Part shown: piece after piece, positions 18,822 through 28,270 of the stretch
Position numbering within the stretch: position 1 is the stretch's first letter
Layout: each line of letters starts with the position of its first letter
Source of the DNA: a virus
Taxonomy: Duplodnaviria > Heunggongvirae > Uroviricota > Caudoviricetes
Direction: 5' to 3' (one strand)
Length of the DNA stretch: 64,000 nucleotides
IMG/VR virus record: IMGVR_UViG_3300029511_000167
Position numbers and translations under genes: made by a program
The notes under the pieces: model-generated
What the model saw: the letters and a program-made list of their open reading frames with translations, nothing else
What the model was told of the DNA's origin: nothing
Database searches by the model: none

Positions 18822-19727
18822 TTATGAGCGCTCTGGTTCTGTATTTGATAAGCTTTCTGAATGGTTCCTGGTTTCTAATGACAGCTCCTTCTTGGTATCA
18901 GAAATCATCCCATCCAGTGCACTTAAAGGTTCTTTCGTATACTCATAGAGAAAATCTTTAAGAACTGAGTAATACTTTGCCTGCTCTTTTTCAAAAAACT
19001 GGCAAAGTTCTTTGTACTCTTTTTTGGTTTGAGCCGTATTGAGTGCATGATAGTATTCAAGCTTATTCTCATCCTGAATAATAACGGGAATGATGTCAGA
19101 CGCAAGGCATTCCCGAAGCAGCAGCAGGCGGCCGGTTCTTCCGTTTCCATCTTGAAATGGATGAATGGTTTCATATGCAGCGTGAAACCTAGCCAAGCCT
19201 TCCACTGTATGTTTCTTTTCCGGGTCATAGTTTTGTAACAGTTCTTTCATCCGGTCGGAAACCTCATCTGGCCTTGCTGTTTTAATATTTGCAACCTGGT
19301 TTAATCGATTCTTATACTCTCCTACTGGATAACCATTTGCCAAATCTTCGAAGACTCCTGATTTTAATCGAAAATGAAATTTCTTTATCAGGTCTTCGGA
19401 TAGCGGTTCATGAAGAGTCTTAAGCATCTCATTGAACATAGCGAAATGTCCTGTCATCTCTTCAATGTCTTTCGCCTTAAAAATTTCTCCATCAGCCAGT
19501 ATCGTTCCTGTATCAAACAGAGACGCGGTCTGATCTGGAGTTAAGGTACTGCCTTCAATCTTATTGGAGTTATATGCCATTAGTTTTTGTGTTTTTGCAT
19601 AAATTCCACTCCGATCCATCTTTTCATGTTCAATTTTGAATCGTTCTTTTAACTGCTTTACCAGCGTTTCTTCATCATAAGTAGATAACTCATGAAAAGA
19701 GTTTTCTAAGATTTTATTAATATTCAT
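18822..19727 (-). CDS. fic: Fic family protein (AMPylase-type, with SxxxEG inhibitory motif)
   Basis: Canonical Fic motif HPFQDGNGRTGR. N-terminal SNKIEGS matches the [S/T]xxxE[G/N] autoinhibitory helix. Confidence 0.8.
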   Translation of the reverse strand: MNINKILENSFHELSTYDEETLVKQLKERFKIEHEKMDRSGIYAKTQKLMAYNSNKIEGSTLTPDQTASLFDTGTILADGEIFKAKDIEEMTGHFAMFNEMLKTLHEPLSEDLIKKFHFRLKSGVFEDLANGYPVGEYKNRLNQVANIKTARPDEVSDRMKELLQNYDPEKKHTVEGLARFHAAYETIHPFQDGNGRTGRLLLLRECLASDIIPVIIQDENKLEYYHALNTAQTKKEYKELCQFFEKEQAKYYSVLKDFLYEYTKEPLSALDGMISDTKKELSLETRNHSESLSNTEPERS

Positions 19728-19738
19728 GTTGATACTCC

Positions 19739-21205
19739 TTATCGTTCTATCTCTTCTTTTTCCAATTTCCCTGTTTCCATCTGGTCAATGATTTGTGTTA
19801 GTTTTTTTGAAAAGTCATGGAGAGATTCGTACTTTAATAAGAATGTTCCAAACGCCAACTCTTCATCATTTTCTTTCACATTTAATTCTTTCGTTTTTCC
19901 ATCGACACAAAAAGTCAGCTCTGGAACCTGCTTTGGAATAATCTCAAGCTCCAGGTTTCCATCTTCTTTTTCGTTTATGAAGCAGGTACCCATCAGACTC
20001 TTCTCAATGGAAGCTTTGATTTTTTCCAGATAGGTTTCCTGTTCTGAAACGTCTTTCTTTTCTGGTTTTGGTTTTTCTGGTTCCATATCTGGAATGAATA
20101 CGTCTTTTGTATATAAGGTTTCTTTAAAAAGCAGTGCAGCTGCCTGTTTATGAATCAGTTCTTCCAACCACTTGACTCGTTTTTTTGAAAAGTTTAAATC
20201 TCCCTGGAAGGAAAACTCGAAGTCTTTTAACGAAATTAAGTCTTTTCTGATTTCGCTTGTCACGGCCAGCTGCCCGACTCGGGTAAAATCGTCTCCGATT
20301 CGTGGGCCATATTCCAGAAGTTTTGTTCCAATTTTTGTGAACTCATCTTCTTCCACATAAGGAAGCATAGCCATATTTAAGTCAAAAACTGGAGCCATTT
20401 TAATTGGCTCTAATGTGTCGTTATGAATCAGAATTCCATAATTTCCCAGATGCCTGTCAACGTTAAAGGTTAATGCATCCAGCACCAGCATCCTTCGAAA
20501 GGTATCTTCTGAACCGATTGATGAAAAATACTGTAACACAGTATCCAGTGTCTTATTTTCCAGTGGAATTTTCGCCATAGGCACGTAGCCATATGTCTCA
20601 TTGGTAAATAATTGGCATTTTGTAGCGAGTTTTCCATGAAGCTTAACCAAATGATACGGAACGCATCCCGGACACAGCTGCAGCGCAATCTCAGACGCCA
20701 AGGCTTCGCAGTATGGCTCCAGTCCTGCATTTCTGGCTCCTTCCGAGCCTCTCTTGTAAAGAAAAATGCCATCGCTTTCTTTTTTCCAGCACTTTTTAAA
20801 GGAACCTTCTGTGGAAAGTTCTGGAGATGTATCAGAAAATTGAAAGTCCTGGAGACCTACACCTTCAAACGCCAGCTTTGAAATGATTTCATTGAATTCA
20901 TTTTGATAGAGAGAAACATCTTCCCATTTAAGAGTTTCATTTTCTGTTTTAACCCAAAACGTATCGTTTAAGGATGCGGCATGAGTGACTTGAATAAATC
21001 CAGACGTGGTACCACAGCCGCACTCTTCCATGATTTTTCGAATACTGGCATTGTGTTTTGAGGCTTTCCTATTTTCAAGCCATTCATTGATCTCATTCAT
21101 ACCAATGGGTAGTTTTCCAGATATTTCATCAAACACATAGTTTTCTGCTAACACTCCAGCGTCATGAAATTTTGCCACAATCTGGTTCTTGTTCATCAAA
21201 AACAT
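19739..21205 (-). CDS. HipA-like Ser/Thr kinase family protein
   Basis: LDALTFNVDRHLGNYGILI resembles the HipA catalytic-loop region. It is a paralog of 54029..55084 (shared SWEDI..QN.F block). ATG start MFLMNK with RBS gaggaggaaa. Confidence 0.6.
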   Translation of the reverse strand: MFLMNKNQIVAKFHDAGVLAENYVFDEISGKLPIGMNEINEWLENRKASKHNASIRKIMEECGCGTTSGFIQVTHAASLNDTFWVKTENETLKWEDVSLYQNEFNEIISKLAFEGVGLQDFQFSDTSPELSTEGSFKKCWKKESDGIFLYKRGSEGARNAGLEPYCEALASEIALQLCPGCVPYHLVKLHGKLATKCQLFTNETYGYVPMAKIPLENKTLDTVLQYFSSIGSEDTFRRMLVLDALTFNVDRHLGNYGILIHNDTLEPIKMAPVFDLNMAMLPYVEEDEFTKIGTKLLEYGPRIGDDFTRVGQLAVTSEIRKDLISLKDFEFSFQGDLNFSKKRVKWLEELIHKQAAALLFKETLYTKDVFIPDMEPEKPKPEKKDVSEQETYLEKIKASIEKSLMGTCFINEKEDGNLELEIIPKQVPELTFCVDGKTKELNVKENDEELAFGTFLLKYESLHDFSKKLTQIIDQMETGKLEKEEIER

Positions 21206-21238
21206 AGCTTTCCTCCTCAAAACATCAATTCTATGTCA

Positions 21239-21268
21239 ATTATAGTATGAGATTTTTTTCATGTCAAC
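21239..21268 (-). promoter_or_regulatory. sigma-70-type promoter TTGACA-17-TATAAT with embedded CATAC
   Basis: Minus-strand reading TTGACAtgaaaaaaatctcatacTATAAT, about 35 nt upstream of the 19739..21205 start. Confidence 0.6.
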
Positions 21269-21322
21269 GAAGGCACAGCTCCTTCTCTTTCTATGAAAAA
21301 AGGGCCTTAAGCCCTTTCTTAG

Positions 21323-22090
21323 TTAGTTAAGCCTAACAATCTGTTCATATAGCAAAATATCCTTATCGTTCATCGCATAGTTCAGGTGCATATGTCCCAT
21401 GAACCATTTTCTGTATTCCATTTTCTGTCTTATTTCTTCCAGATATTTTGTTAGAATGTCCTGTTCATAGAGACCTCGCCCAAGTAAAGCAATCATACTG
21501 GCCGATGGGCTGTGTGTTAGAATGAAGTCTACCTGATACTGATTCTTTTCAAGGTTTTTTCTTCCATTTTCCATTTCTTCCTCAGTTGGAAGCTCTTCTT
21601 CCCACCAGGAAAGTCCCTTTACCCGGAATCTGTATTTTCCTTCTTTTTCAAGTTTCTTAGCTTTTTCCTTCCATTTTTCATCCTTCCCATCTAGAATGCC
21701 ATCAGAAATGTCATGGGAGGAGGCTCCGCCAAAGGCAAAGAATTTCTTTCCTTCTAGGGTATAAATCTCTCCTCTTCTAAGCCTTACCACATTGGGTCTG
21801 ATTTCATTGACAAGGCCGCCATTCCATTCTTTTAATGGGAACTGGTTAAGTCTTGGGATATTATCATGATTCCCATCGATAAATGCTGTGGTAAACGGTT
21901 TCTCTTTTAACCAGTTTAAGTTATAATTTTCTTTTTTTGTTTCTTTGGGATCCCAGATGAGACCAAAATCGCCTAACTGTATCATGGTATTTTCTGCCGG
22001 ATCTATTCCAAACTCTTTCTGTTCGTAAAAAATTTTAGAGGAGAACCTGGATGGATCTCCATGAATATCTCCTGTTACATAAATGCCCAT
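21323..22090 (-). CDS. calcineurin-like metallophosphoesterase
   Basis: Motifs GDIHGD, GDFG, GNHD and GHMH. A terminator agggccttaagccct lies downstream. Confidence 0.7.
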   Translation of the reverse strand: MGIYVTGDIHGDPSRFSSKIFYEQKEFGIDPAENTMIQLGDFGLIWDPKETKKENYNLNWLKEKPFTTAFIDGNHDNIPRLNQFPLKEWNGGLVNEIRPNVVRLRRGEIYTLEGKKFFAFGGASSHDISDGILDGKDEKWKEKAKKLEKEGKYRFRVKGLSWWEEELPTEEEMENGRKNLEKNQYQVDFILTHSPSASMIALLGRGLYEQDILTKYLEEIRQKMEYRKWFMGHMHLNYAMNDKDILLYEQIVRLN

Positions 22091-22107
22091 AAATCATTCT
22101 TCCTTCC

Positions 22108-22533
22108 TTAAGACTGAACGGGTTTCCATTTCGCTCGGATGTCAAAAAAATCTCCAATGGCACGAATCGTAAGACCCAACTGCTTACTCAGCTGCTTCTT
22201 CTGCTGCAGCTGCATTTCTTCTGTTTCTGTACTGATTATATCTGAAAAGGTTCTGGCAAGGCTGCTTTCTGGCAGCTTATTCTTCTCTGCACAGGATACA
22301 ACCGAATTTAATACTTCTTTTAATCTCTTAATTAACGAATCCATCCATTGACTATCTTTGCTTTCCAGTACCAGATCCATTTCTTCTTCTGTCAGGTCTG
22401 AAAAACAGATGCTCTCCCATTTTCCACTTCGTTCTATTCTGAAGTATACACCATCCAAATCTCTATTCATAGTCTTTTTCCTTTCCCTGAAGCAAAACAA
22501 GATATGCTTCAAAATATGAGTCTGTATTTCCAT
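22108..22533 (-). CDS. hypothetical protein
   Basis: 141-aa ORF. It overlaps the 3' end of 22463..23014, so its start is uncertain. Confidence 0.4.
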   Translation of the reverse strand: MEIQTHILKHILFCFRERKKTMNRDLDGVYFRIERSGKWESICFSDLTEEEMDLVLESKDSQWMDSLIKRLKEVLNSVVSCAEKNKLPESSLARTFSDIISTETEEMQLQQKKQLSKQLGLTIRAIGDFFDIRAKWKPVQS

Positions 22534-23014
22534 AAAACAATTGATACAGACTATCGCAATAGTTCATCCACTGCTCATTAGTTCCAAAATTTGGAATCCA
22601 ATAATGATGTTCTTTCTCATCTTCTGGAATAGTTCCGGTTAAGGAATATTCCAGATACATGCGAAGAAGATAACGGCTGATATCGGCAGAATACGCAGAA
22701 GTTCCACGCTTTTTACCTAAGAGCTTCTCTATATGATGTTTCAGATAACTATAATTTAGATAAATGAACTGAGGCTTGTACGGATCTGATACACTACTAT
22801 CTTTCGGCTTATGAAGATGTCTGACTGTTTTTTCCAGGATTTGCCTTAATGGAAATAAGAACATTACATCAAAATTTTCTGGATTGCTTAGCTTATAGGG
22901 ACTTTCTTTTAACTGCTCGGCCAGAGATTTTGAAAGTGTCCCATATTCTTTGTCTTCTTTTGAAGTAATGCTTTTTAACATTTCTTCCATTATTTCTCTT
23001 AATTCGTTTTCCAT
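22463..23014 (-). CDS. hypothetical protein
   Basis: 183-aa ORF downstream of, and co-oriented with, the radical SAM gene. Confidence 0.5.
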   Translation of the reverse strand: MENELREIMEEMLKSITSKEDKEYGTLSKSLAEQLKESPYKLSNPENFDVMFLFPLRQILEKTVRHLHKPKDSSVSDPYKPQFIYLNYSYLKHHIEKLLGKKRGTSAYSADISRYLLRMYLEYSLTGTIPEDEKEHHYWIPNFGTNEQWMNYCDSLYQLFYGNTDSYFEAYLVLLQGKEKDYE

Positions 23015-23026
23015 TTTTTTCCTTTC

Positions 23027-23878
23027 TTATGTTCTGTTTTCCTGTTTCCATCCGTTTGAACAAACGCCATTTTCATAGAGAACCAACTGTTCATTACTTT
23101 TATTTTTTGTTAGCAGCCGCAGACTTTTCACAAAGTCAGCCGCAGAAGCCCGCAGCATTGGATTCACTAAAAAGCAGGAACGCTTAAGCGTTATCAAAAG
23201 CGGATGCCCTGGCAGCTGCAGCTGCGTCTGACACCCATATGCGAATGGACTTTTGTACTTCACACCGTATGCTTTTTCAAATGATACATAAAGGTCTTTT
23301 TCAAATTGAAGTTCGTTAATCTTAACATGCTGAACGCCACACTCTTCCATTTTTTTTAGAAATGCATCAATTTCTTCTTTGGTATCAATCTGACCTTTTA
23401 TGAGGTTTATTGATACCCGTACTTTGTCAGCATAAGCGTTGCAAATTTTCTTTGTTAAGGCAATCCTGTCATGTCTTGATGAAGCATGAAGAATGTCATT
23501 ATTTTTCTCTGGATCATAATGCTGCAAAGAAATATTAAGACCATCAATGTAGTCCATAATTTTTGTAAATGTATTCCAGTTATCTTCTACCGTCTTTGGC
23601 AAAGAAGTTGTAACATAGATATGATCCACAAAGGATCTGATTCCTCTTACATACAGCAGCAGCTCATGCGGCAGCAGAAGCGGTTCTCCACCAAGAACCA
23701 AAATCTCTTTTTTTCCTGTTTTAATGGTTTCCATGATTAGCCGGTTTACATCGGTTTTCTCGCCTTTCACTCCATTTCGCTCAATACAAAACGGACAGGT
23801 GTTATCGCACCTCTTTGTAAAGCGAACGTCCAGGCTATCTTTATAAAAACCATCACATGAATTATTAAATGAAATCAT
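23027..23878 (-). CDS. radical SAM domain protein (CX3CX2C; viperin/MoaA-like N-terminal layout)
   Basis: FTKRCDNTCPFCIE near the N-terminus and LVLGGEPLL. Nine Cys in total. The RBS aaaggag lies directly after the stop of the upstream micro-ORF. Confidence 0.7.
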   Translation of the reverse strand: MISFNNSCDGFYKDSLDVRFTKRCDNTCPFCIERNGVKGEKTDVNRLIMETIKTGKKEILVLGGEPLLLPHELLLYVRGIRSFVDHIYVTTSLPKTVEDNWNTFTKIMDYIDGLNISLQHYDPEKNNDILHASSRHDRIALTKKICNAYADKVRVSINLIKGQIDTKEEIDAFLKKMEECGVQHVKINELQFEKDLYVSFEKAYGVKYKSPFAYGCQTQLQLPGHPLLITLKRSCFLVNPMLRASAADFVKSLRLLTKNKSNEQLVLYENGVCSNGWKQENRT

Positions 23879-23889
23879 GGTACTCCTTT

Positions 23890-23967
23890 CTAATGGCAGC
23901 CGATAGAGTGGCAGCCGCAGCTGCGTTTGGCAGTTTTAATAATGAATTTTGTTAATTTTGTAAACAT
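23890..23967 (-). CDS. 25-aa Cys-rich micro-ORF (MFTKLTKFIIKTAKRSCGCHSIGCH), candidate precursor or leader peptide
   Basis: RBS aaggagacgact before ATG. Its stop is 11 nt from the radical SAM start (translationally coupled). The C-terminus is SCGCHSIGCH. Confidence 0.4.
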   Translation of the reverse strand: MFTKLTKFIIKTAKRSCGCHSIGCH

Positions 23968-23984
23968 AGTCGTCTCCTTATTTT

Positions 23985-24506
23985 TTAAATCATCATCAGA
24001 TGTCCTAATCTTTCATATCCGGCTTTTTCAGTCAGTTCTGCAAATTCAGGACAAGTATCAGTAAGATATGCAAACACCAATCCAGTAAAAGACTGCTGAA
24101 GGGTTCTGTGTTCCCTTGTAAACAGCATGGCTACCTCATACGGGTTATTACATTTAAATCGTGGTTCATGATAATAATCAGATGTCTCCGGATCAAAGTC
24201 TTTTGTTTGTTTGAAAATTACATTGTCTGTTTCTGTAAGCAGAAGTTTATTGCAAATCTTATATGCCTGCTCATTTCTGGCATCATAAGCGTATGGATTT
24301 TTAAACAGTGTTCCAATGGTTCGGATCCAGTACCATGAAATTTCATCCATTCTCTTCTTTGCAGTCTCAGCCGCAGCGATGGCTTGGATCATTTCTTTGG
24401 TTGACATGGAAAATGAGTTAACCATGTTTGAAATGGTTTTTGTCATAGTTTCCGGTTCATAATCAGTTTTTAACAGCTCTACAAAATTTGCTTCATATTC
24501 TCTCAT
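23985..24506 (-). CDS. hypothetical protein
   Basis: 173-aa ORF, first gene of the putative operon containing the micro-ORF and the radical SAM gene. Confidence 0.5.
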   Translation of the reverse strand: MREYEANFVELLKTDYEPETMTKTISNMVNSFSMSTKEMIQAIAAAETAKKRMDEISWYWIRTIGTLFKNPYAYDARNEQAYKICNKLLLTETDNVIFKQTKDFDPETSDYYHEPRFKCNNPYEVAMLFTREHRTLQQSFTGLVFAYLTDTCPEFAELTEKAGYERLGHLMMI

Positions 24507-24704
24507 AGTTTTCTTCCTTTCTTTTTCTCTCCTGGTTTCTTGTGTCTTACTTATTATGGAGCAGAATTGAATGGAACAAATGAACGTTGATTATTTCCTG
24601 TCCGTATCTTTATCCCAAAAAAGCTCCTAAAAGGAGCCTTATTTTTTGCGTATTTCTTAGAAATTCAAGACGCAATTTTTGCGCATAGTTGGCATTGTTA
24701 ATGA

Positions 24705-25703
24705 TTAGGATTTCTTCTCTTCTGTCTTTTCTTCCGATTTCTCTTTTTCTTTCTTCTTTTTCTTTCTAGAAATTGTTAAAATCGGCAAAGCAACAGCTGC
24801 TGCTGCACCGCAAAGGGCCAGCGTTGGCAGATGTGATAAAGTTACGACTAGCATGTTTTCTGTGCTTTCTTTAATATCTTCTACGTTCTGTTTCATTCCA
24901 GTTGAAATCCGGACAGAAAGTGGGTCTTTTTCTTTTGCTGTATAAACAACAACTTCGGATACATGCATATCAATGGTGGTATAATCTACCTGATTATCAT
25001 AAATATTTAACCGGGTTTGATAAGAAGCCAGCTCATATTGAATTTCTGATAGTCGTTTTTCAAGAAGGATTATAGTATCCACAGACTCTGCTTCTTTAAG
25101 AAGTTCTAAGAGACGAGTCTGTTCGGTTTTAAGTGTTTCAATCCGGTCTTTTGAATCATAGTATTCCAGTGTAATATCAGAGAGATTTTCTGTGTGCTCT
25201 GTCATGTTTCCGGCTTCAGCTGCTGCTTGCAAAAACTCGTCTGCCTTTGCGGCTGGAATTCGGATGCTTAAATTTCCGTATGATTCACCTTCCTCCATGA
25301 TTGGCTCTGAACTGTATTCATCCGATAAATTTCCGTGGAGACTGATTCTTTCTATATATCCTCCAAGCGCTGCTACTTTTTTCCTTATCTCAGCAATTGT
25401 TTCGTCGAAGTTAGTTGTTTCTAACTGCATGGATATATTTCGCACCAGTTTCCGTTCTACTTCGGAATTCATTGATTCCTCTTTTAAACTTTCCTGTTCT
25501 GCTTCCATTGTTGTCGTATTTGCCATTTCTCCCGGAATTCCACCTCTAGCTGAGACATCAGCAACTTTCATTATCGAAGAATCAGACGCATTATAGGCTG
25601 TAACAGCAGAAGAAGATTCAGACGCAGAGCCGCCGCAGCCAGTTAGCATTGCAGACGCGACTGCAGTCATTACTAAAAAATTAGTCAACTTTTTTTGTTT
25701 CAT
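24705..25703 (-). CDS. lipoprotein with C-terminal transmembrane anchor (DUF4349-like architecture)
   Basis: Start MKQKKLTNFLVMTAVASAMLTGC (lipobox LTGC), a C-terminal hydrophobic segment, then a K/E-rich tail. Confidence 0.6.
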   Translation of the reverse strand: MKQKKLTNFLVMTAVASAMLTGCGGSASESSSAVTAYNASDSSIMKVADVSARGGIPGEMANTTTMEAEQESLKEESMNSEVERKLVRNISMQLETTNFDETIAEIRKKVAALGGYIERISLHGNLSDEYSSEPIMEEGESYGNLSIRIPAAKADEFLQAAAEAGNMTEHTENLSDITLEYYDSKDRIETLKTEQTRLLELLKEAESVDTIILLEKRLSEIQYELASYQTRLNIYDNQVDYTTIDMHVSEVVVYTAKEKDPLSVRISTGMKQNVEDIKESTENMLVVTLSHLPTLALCGAAAAVALPILTISRKKKKKEKEKSEEKTEEKKS

Positions 25704-25778
25704 ATCGATTACCTCGTTTTTTTTAAGTATGTTATTTTGGAAGAAAAAAAAGAGAGCCAACGGGCCCTCTCTTTCTTA

Positions 25779-27028
25779 TTATTTTGTGTCAGGTGTTTCA
25801 TCTGCTTTTTCTTCAGCAGCATTTTTCTCTTTTCCAGCTTCTTCTACTTTCTTCTTTTCCACTGGTTTCTTTTCTTCCTTTGCTTTTTCTGACCTTTCTT
25901 CTTCTTTTACGGTCTCTTCCAGAATGTCCGCTGCAATTGCTTTTTTCGCTGGGTCTGAATCTAGATCTGTTAGTCCGGTCAAATTGATGTTTCGTGTTAC
26001 CTTCGCATCATAAGAATCCGCTCTCATAATTTCAGCCAGATCCACACCGGTTGTCTCTTTCATAGACTCAAACAGCTTCATCATAACGGCAGGAACATTG
26101 CCAGCAATCGCATCCACAGAGTCATTGCTGCTGCCGCCGCCAATGATTGTAATCTTATCAATCTGGGATAATGGTTCTGCAATTTTTCCTGCAATTTCAG
26201 GAAGAACCTTAATCATCATCTCGGCCATGGCAACCTTGTTGTATTTCTGATAAGCTTCTGCTTTCTTTTCCATTGCTTCCGCTTCCGCAATACCTTTCGC
26301 CTGGATCGCAGCCGCCTCCGCTTCACCTTTTGCACGGATTCCTTCTGCTTCCTGAAGCATCGCGTATTTGTCTGCTTCGGCCTGGGCTCTTCTTGCTTCG
26401 GCATCTTTTTCCTGCTCATATTTCTTTGCTTCGGCTTCTCTCTGACGTTTTGCAAGAGTTGCAGCAGCTTCCTGCTCTACTTTATATCGCTCTGCGTCTG
26501 CTTTTCGGTTGATTTCTGCTTCCAGTCTCTGCTGTTCTACTTCAACCTGCTGCCGGTTTAACTCGGCTTCTCTCTCTGCTCTTGCAATCTGTGCATTTAC
26601 AGTAGTCGTCTGAATGGTCTTTTCCTGCATCTGCGCCTGAATCTTATACGCAGCATCAGCCTCAGCCAGTTTCGCATCCGCCAGTTTTTTCAGCTCTGCT
26701 TTCTTGATTTCCAGCTCATTATTTTTCTGGGCAATCTCTGTCTGAGCCATTACTTTTGCATCATTCGCAGCCTTATCCGCCTCCGCCTGAGCAATAGCAA
26801 CGTCACGTTCTGCCTGCGCTCTTGCAATGGAAGCATCTTTCTTGATTTTGGCTGTATTATCTGCACCCAGATCTCGAATGAGACCATTTTCATCTGTTAC
26901 ATTCTGGATGTTGCAGGATAAGATTTCAATTCCCAGTTTTGCCATGTCCTTGGAAGCTTTTTCCATTACCTGGTCAGAGAAAGAATCTCGATCTGTATTG
27001 ATAGCTTTTAATGATAATGTACCGATGA
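25779..27028 (-). CDS. floT: flotillin (FloT/YuaG-like) exon 2, the C-terminal two thirds
   Basis: An EA-rich flotillin repeat region plus the conserved KVLPEIA...IDKITIIGGGS block. The reading frame continues upstream of the annotated M to the intron junction. Confidence 0.75.
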
Positions 27029-27764
27029 ATAGCCATAGGTAAACGTTTGATATTATCTCCGGCTTTTCCCTGGCTCCACACCGTGCGTGAGAGTTTCCTG
27101 CTCACACGGCGCTCCATCGTTAGTAAAACTTTTTTCGATGATTTCGTTTTCCTAACGACTTGAGGCTGTTGCTCCATTCTCATTACAAGAACTTCATCGC
27201 TCGTGCCTCTACTTTCACAACGATTAAAATAAGTTATATTTTTCAATTTTCCTTATTAACGCTTCTCTGGATTTTGGACTCCTCTTCGTTCGTTGCTTCC
27301 CTTGTTCCAATAAACCTATCTGTGCATATACTTTTAGGCCGTTCCTTTAACCCTGAGTGCTTGAATATGCCTGTAACATATTAAGGACTTTCATAGCGAA
27401 AATTTTTACTAATCCTCACACTCTCCACCTTTTGTGGAACCTACCATTTCTAATAGGTCATGCTATAGAGTTGTACCCTCGGAACTTCGTCTCTGTTTTT
27501 CACACATTCTAGCCATGAGTATTTTATAGAACTCCGAACTATCAAATACAAATTCCACCTCTGGAATCCTTTCGTGTATTTCTACTTACGGTATTCTTCA
27601 TTCGACTTCATCGAGCTTTATACAGACAATCTTCCAAACGATTGCTGCATATCGAATATTAAGTATGACGTTTCAAGGCGTTACCCTATCATTCCATCAT
27701 TCGGTTTATCAGTTCAATAATTTAAAATTATTGGCTAAACTTTTCATTTAGCAACAAGTCGCAC
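27029..27764 (-). mobile_element. ORF-less group II intron (about 736 nt) interrupting the flotillin gene
   Basis: The 5' end is GTGCG. A domain V hairpin GAGCGCCGTGTGAGCAGGAAACTCTCACGCACGGTGT lies about 40 nt from the 3' end. The intron ends in ...GGCTAT (AY). Splicing restores ...LQGNMRE-IIGTLSLKAINTDRDSFSDQVMEKASKDMAKLGIEIL, colinear with FloT. Confidence 0.75.
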
Positions 27765-28158
27765 TCTCTCTCATGTTTCCCTGCAGGGAATCTTTAAGCT
27801 CCATAGCAATGTCATCTGGATTTTTGTTTAAAAAGTTCTTAGCAGCCAGCTTAATGCCATTTGGCGTCTGTTCGATACGAACTTTTGCAACTGCGTCTAC
27901 ATCCACATTAATAAAGTCATTGGTTGGAACCGGTTCTCCTGTTTTAATATCGACTGTCATCTGCCCTAAGTACAGGCGATCCAGTCTCTCTAAAAACGGG
28001 ATTCGGATGCCGGAACGGCCAATCAGGATTTTCGGTTCTTTTTTAAGTCCAGAAATAATAAATGCCTTATCCGGTGGTGCCTTGACATACCCAAGGGCGG
28101 CAATAATAATTAAAAAGATAATGAGTGCTGCACCAAGCAGCCAGAATGAAATTTTCAT
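27765..28158 (-). CDS. floT: flotillin (FloT/YuaG-like) exon 1, N-terminal TM helix plus start of SPFH domain
   Basis: MKISFWLLGAALIIFLIIIAALGYVKAPPDKAFIISGL matches the flotillin N-terminus. RBS aaaaggagaaaagcat. Confidence 0.75.
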
Positions 28159-28270
28159 ATGCTTTTCTCCTTTTGTGTTTATACTCAATTATTAGTATGT
28201 GTCTTTTCTCGTTAAATAACTGAAAAAGTGTAGCTTGGACAATTCTTCAATCTCAGAAAAAAAAGTTCAT

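Noticed and set aside
26974-27384. ORFs 26974..27246 (minus) and 27160..27384 (plus) inside the 736-nt insertion
   Set aside because: They lie within the predicted group II intron and show no reverse-transcriptase or maturase motifs. The region is explained by ribozyme domains (domain V hairpin at about 27068-27105).
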